Source: an uncultured Gemmatimonadaceae bacterium (GTDB lineage: Bacteria; Gemmatimonadota; Gemmatimonadetes; Gemmatimonadales; Gemmatimonadaceae). From it: a stretch of DNA of 20,493 bases. Position 1 is the stretch's first letter; each line of letters begins with the position of its first letter. Of this stretch, positions 18,203 through 20,493 are shown one piece after another. The notes beneath the pieces are model-generated. The model was given only the letters and a program-made list of their open reading frames with translations. It ran no database searches and had not been told where the DNA came from. Both the position numbers and the translations under genes were made by a program. The stretch is taken from the NCBI GenBank assembly GCA_963822945.1, contig CAWGJO010000023.1:1-20493 (forward strand). The letters run 5' to 3'.

Positions 18203-20493
18203 ATGCCGAGTCCCGAAAAGCTTACGGCCGCCCTCGCCGACCGCTACCGTATCGAGCGAGAGCTCGGCCAGGGCGGGATGGCCACGGTCTACCTCGCCGA
18301 GGACCTCAAGCACGACCGCAAGGTCGCGATCAAGGTCCTGCACCCGAGCTGGCGGCCGTCTCGGCGCCGAGCGGTTTCTCAGCGAGATCAAGACCACGGC
18401 CAACCTGCACCACCCGCACATCCTCCCGCTGCACGATTCGGGCGAGGCCGACGGGCTGCTGTACTATGTCATGCCGTTCGTCGAGGGGAGTCTCTGCGCG
18501 CCGGCTCGACCGCGAGAGCCGCTCCCGCTCGACGACGCGCTGGGCATCGCGCGCGAAGTGGCCGACGCCCTGGACTACGCCCACCGCCAGGGCGTGATCC
18601 ATCGCGACATCAAGCCCGAGAACATCCTGCTGCACGACGGGCAGGCGCTGGTGGCGGACTTCGGCATCGCGCTCGCCGTGCAGAGCGCGGCGGCGAGCCG
18701 GATGACGCAGACCGGGCCTCTCGTGGGCACGCCGCAGTACATGAGTCCCGAGCAGGCGATGGGCGAGAAGCGATCGACGCCCGGAGCGACGTGTACGCGC
18801 TGGGCGGCGTGCTCTACGAGATGCTCACCGGCGATCCGCCGTTCACCGGCTCCACGGTGCAGGCGATCGTCGCCAAGGTGATGAGCGCCGAGCCCGAGCC
18901 GGTGACGATGCTGCGCAAGAACACGCCGCCCGCCGTAGCCGCCGCGGTGCATCGGGCGCTCGAGAAGCTGCCGGCCGATCGATTCCCCACGGCGCGCGCG
19001 TTCGCCGACGCGCTCGTGGCACCGGCGCGCCGCCAGTACGGCGACCTGGCCGTACGCCCACCGGAGCGGCCTGCCGGGGTGGCGCCGCGTGTTCGGACAG
19101 CCGGCGACAGTTGCGCTCGCCGTCGTGGCGATTGCGGCGATCGCTGTGGCCGTGCGCGAGCGGCGCAACGCGGACGGGTCCGCGCCCGCGCAGGTGGAAC
19201 GATTCATCGTCGAGCCGCCGGCCAGGATGAACCGGACGTCGGGCTCGAGTCCACGCAGAACGTCGCCATCGCGCCCGACGGATCGTTGATGGTGTTCGCG
19301 GCGATCGGCGCCGACGGCATGGAACGCCTGTACGCGCGCCCGGTGGATGCACTCGCGGCGCGGCCCCTGGAGGGCACCGAGGGCGGCAGCCAGCCGTTCT
19401 TTTGCCCGACGGCCGGCTCGTGGCGTTCTGGGTGGCCGGCCGACTGCTCAAGATTAGCGTGGGGGGCGGACGGGCCTCGCTCATCACCGATCTGGGAGAC
19501 ATGACCGGCGCGACGTGGACCGTCGGTGGCGACATCGTGGCCAGCGTCGGGAATCGCCTCGTCTGGTTCCCGGTCCGTGATCCGAGCCAACGGCGCACGG
19601 CTGCGCTCGACACCGCGCACCAGAAGCGCTGCAAATCTTCCCGGTCGCCATGCCCGATGGCGAGCACGTGCTGTATTCGAGCTGGGGAACGGGCGGGCTG
19701 GAACAGGTGGTGCTCGGTGAGCTGTCGCTGAAGACGGGGCGCGCCCGGCGGCTCGACATTCCCGCCCGAAGTGTCCTCGGCATGGTGGATGGAGTCCTCG
19801 CGTTCTCGAACGAGAGCGGTGGGGTGGCCGCCGAGCCGTTTGATGCCGGGAGCGGCGCGCTCACCGGACCTCTGATTCCGCTGATATCGAACGTGGCGAA
19901 TGGCGAGCGCGGCGTTGCCCTCGCGTCGCTGTCCGCCACCGGCACGCTCTTCTACGCCACGGGGACGGCCCAGGCCACGCTGGTGCTCGCCGACTCTACG
20001 GGCGACACGCCCGTGATCGCGGAACCCCGCGAGTATGCGTACCCGCGGTATTCGCCCGACGGCAAGCGGATCGCCATCACGATCGGCGCCGGGGCCACCC
20101 GCGACGTGTGGCTGTACGATGTCGCGACCCGTGGCCTGCGCGGCCTCACGAGCGGCGGATCGGTGAATGAACGTCCCGAATGGTCGCCCGACGGCAAGCG
20201 CGTGCTCTTCGGGTCGGACCGGGGCGGCCGGTCCGCCATCTGGTGGCAGCCCATCGACGAGAGCGCGCCTGCCACGTTGCTCGTTGGCGACCCCAAGCTC
20301 CTGCCGTACGAAGCCGTCATGATGCCCGACGAGCCGAGGGATCGTCTATCAGGTGGATACGATGCGCGCCAACATCTACTACCGCGCAATCCGTGGGGAC
20401 ACGACGCCGCAGCCCATCGCCACGTCGCCCGCCGACGAGTCGGAACCGCGTCCGTCGCTGGATGGACACTGGATCGCCTTTCAGGCCTCCGAG
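18203..20493 (+). CDS. Membrane-anchored Ser/Thr kinase with beta-propeller ectodomain (K5), 3'-truncated by the window, with ~11 frameshifts
   Basis: Starts MPSPEKLTAALADRY. Motifs HRDIKPEN, DFG, GTPQYMSPEQ. TM ATVALAVVAIAAIAVAV. Ectodomain motifs YAYPRYSPDGKRI and ERPEWSPDGKRVLF. Frame changes near 18345, 18360, 18487, 18502, 18518, 18770, 19030-19090, 19240, 19401, 19630 and 20335. Confidence 0.85.

Noticed and set aside
16905..18881. 658-aa ORF with an apparent propeller-then-kinase (reversed) architecture
   Set aside because: A frameshift artefact joining the K4 ectodomain to K5 kinase fragments. K4 ends at TAG 18150 and K5 starts at ATG 18203.
1..20493. Diversity-generating retroelement or site-specific invertase as the diversification mechanism
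   Set aside because: No reverse transcriptase, recombinase, adenine-specific TR/VR pair or inverted cassette was seen in the window.

Overview
High-GC bacterial window, probably Gemmatimonadota (inferred from the kinase family style). All real genes are on the + strand. It holds an array of at least five, probably six, paralogous ~890-aa receptor-like Ser/Thr kinases (K0 partial, K1-K5), each with a Hanks-type kinase, one TM helix and a TolB/PD40-type beta-propeller ectodomain. Between them lie peptide-handling genes: a secreted M1 aminopeptidase, a POT/PTR peptide:H+ symporter, a secreted S9 peptidase and a DUF481-like outer-membrane barrel. There is also an internally deleted RNase Z-like MBL-hydrolase remnant that the ORF track misses. 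The kinases look mosaic: K1 and K4 have near-identical kinase domains but very divergent ectodomains, while K5 pairs a K3-like kinase with a K1-like ectodomain. DUF481, K4 and K5 carry many single-base frameshifts, mostly in short runs, which look like long-read errors. No RNA genes, CRISPR arrays or mobile elements were seen.
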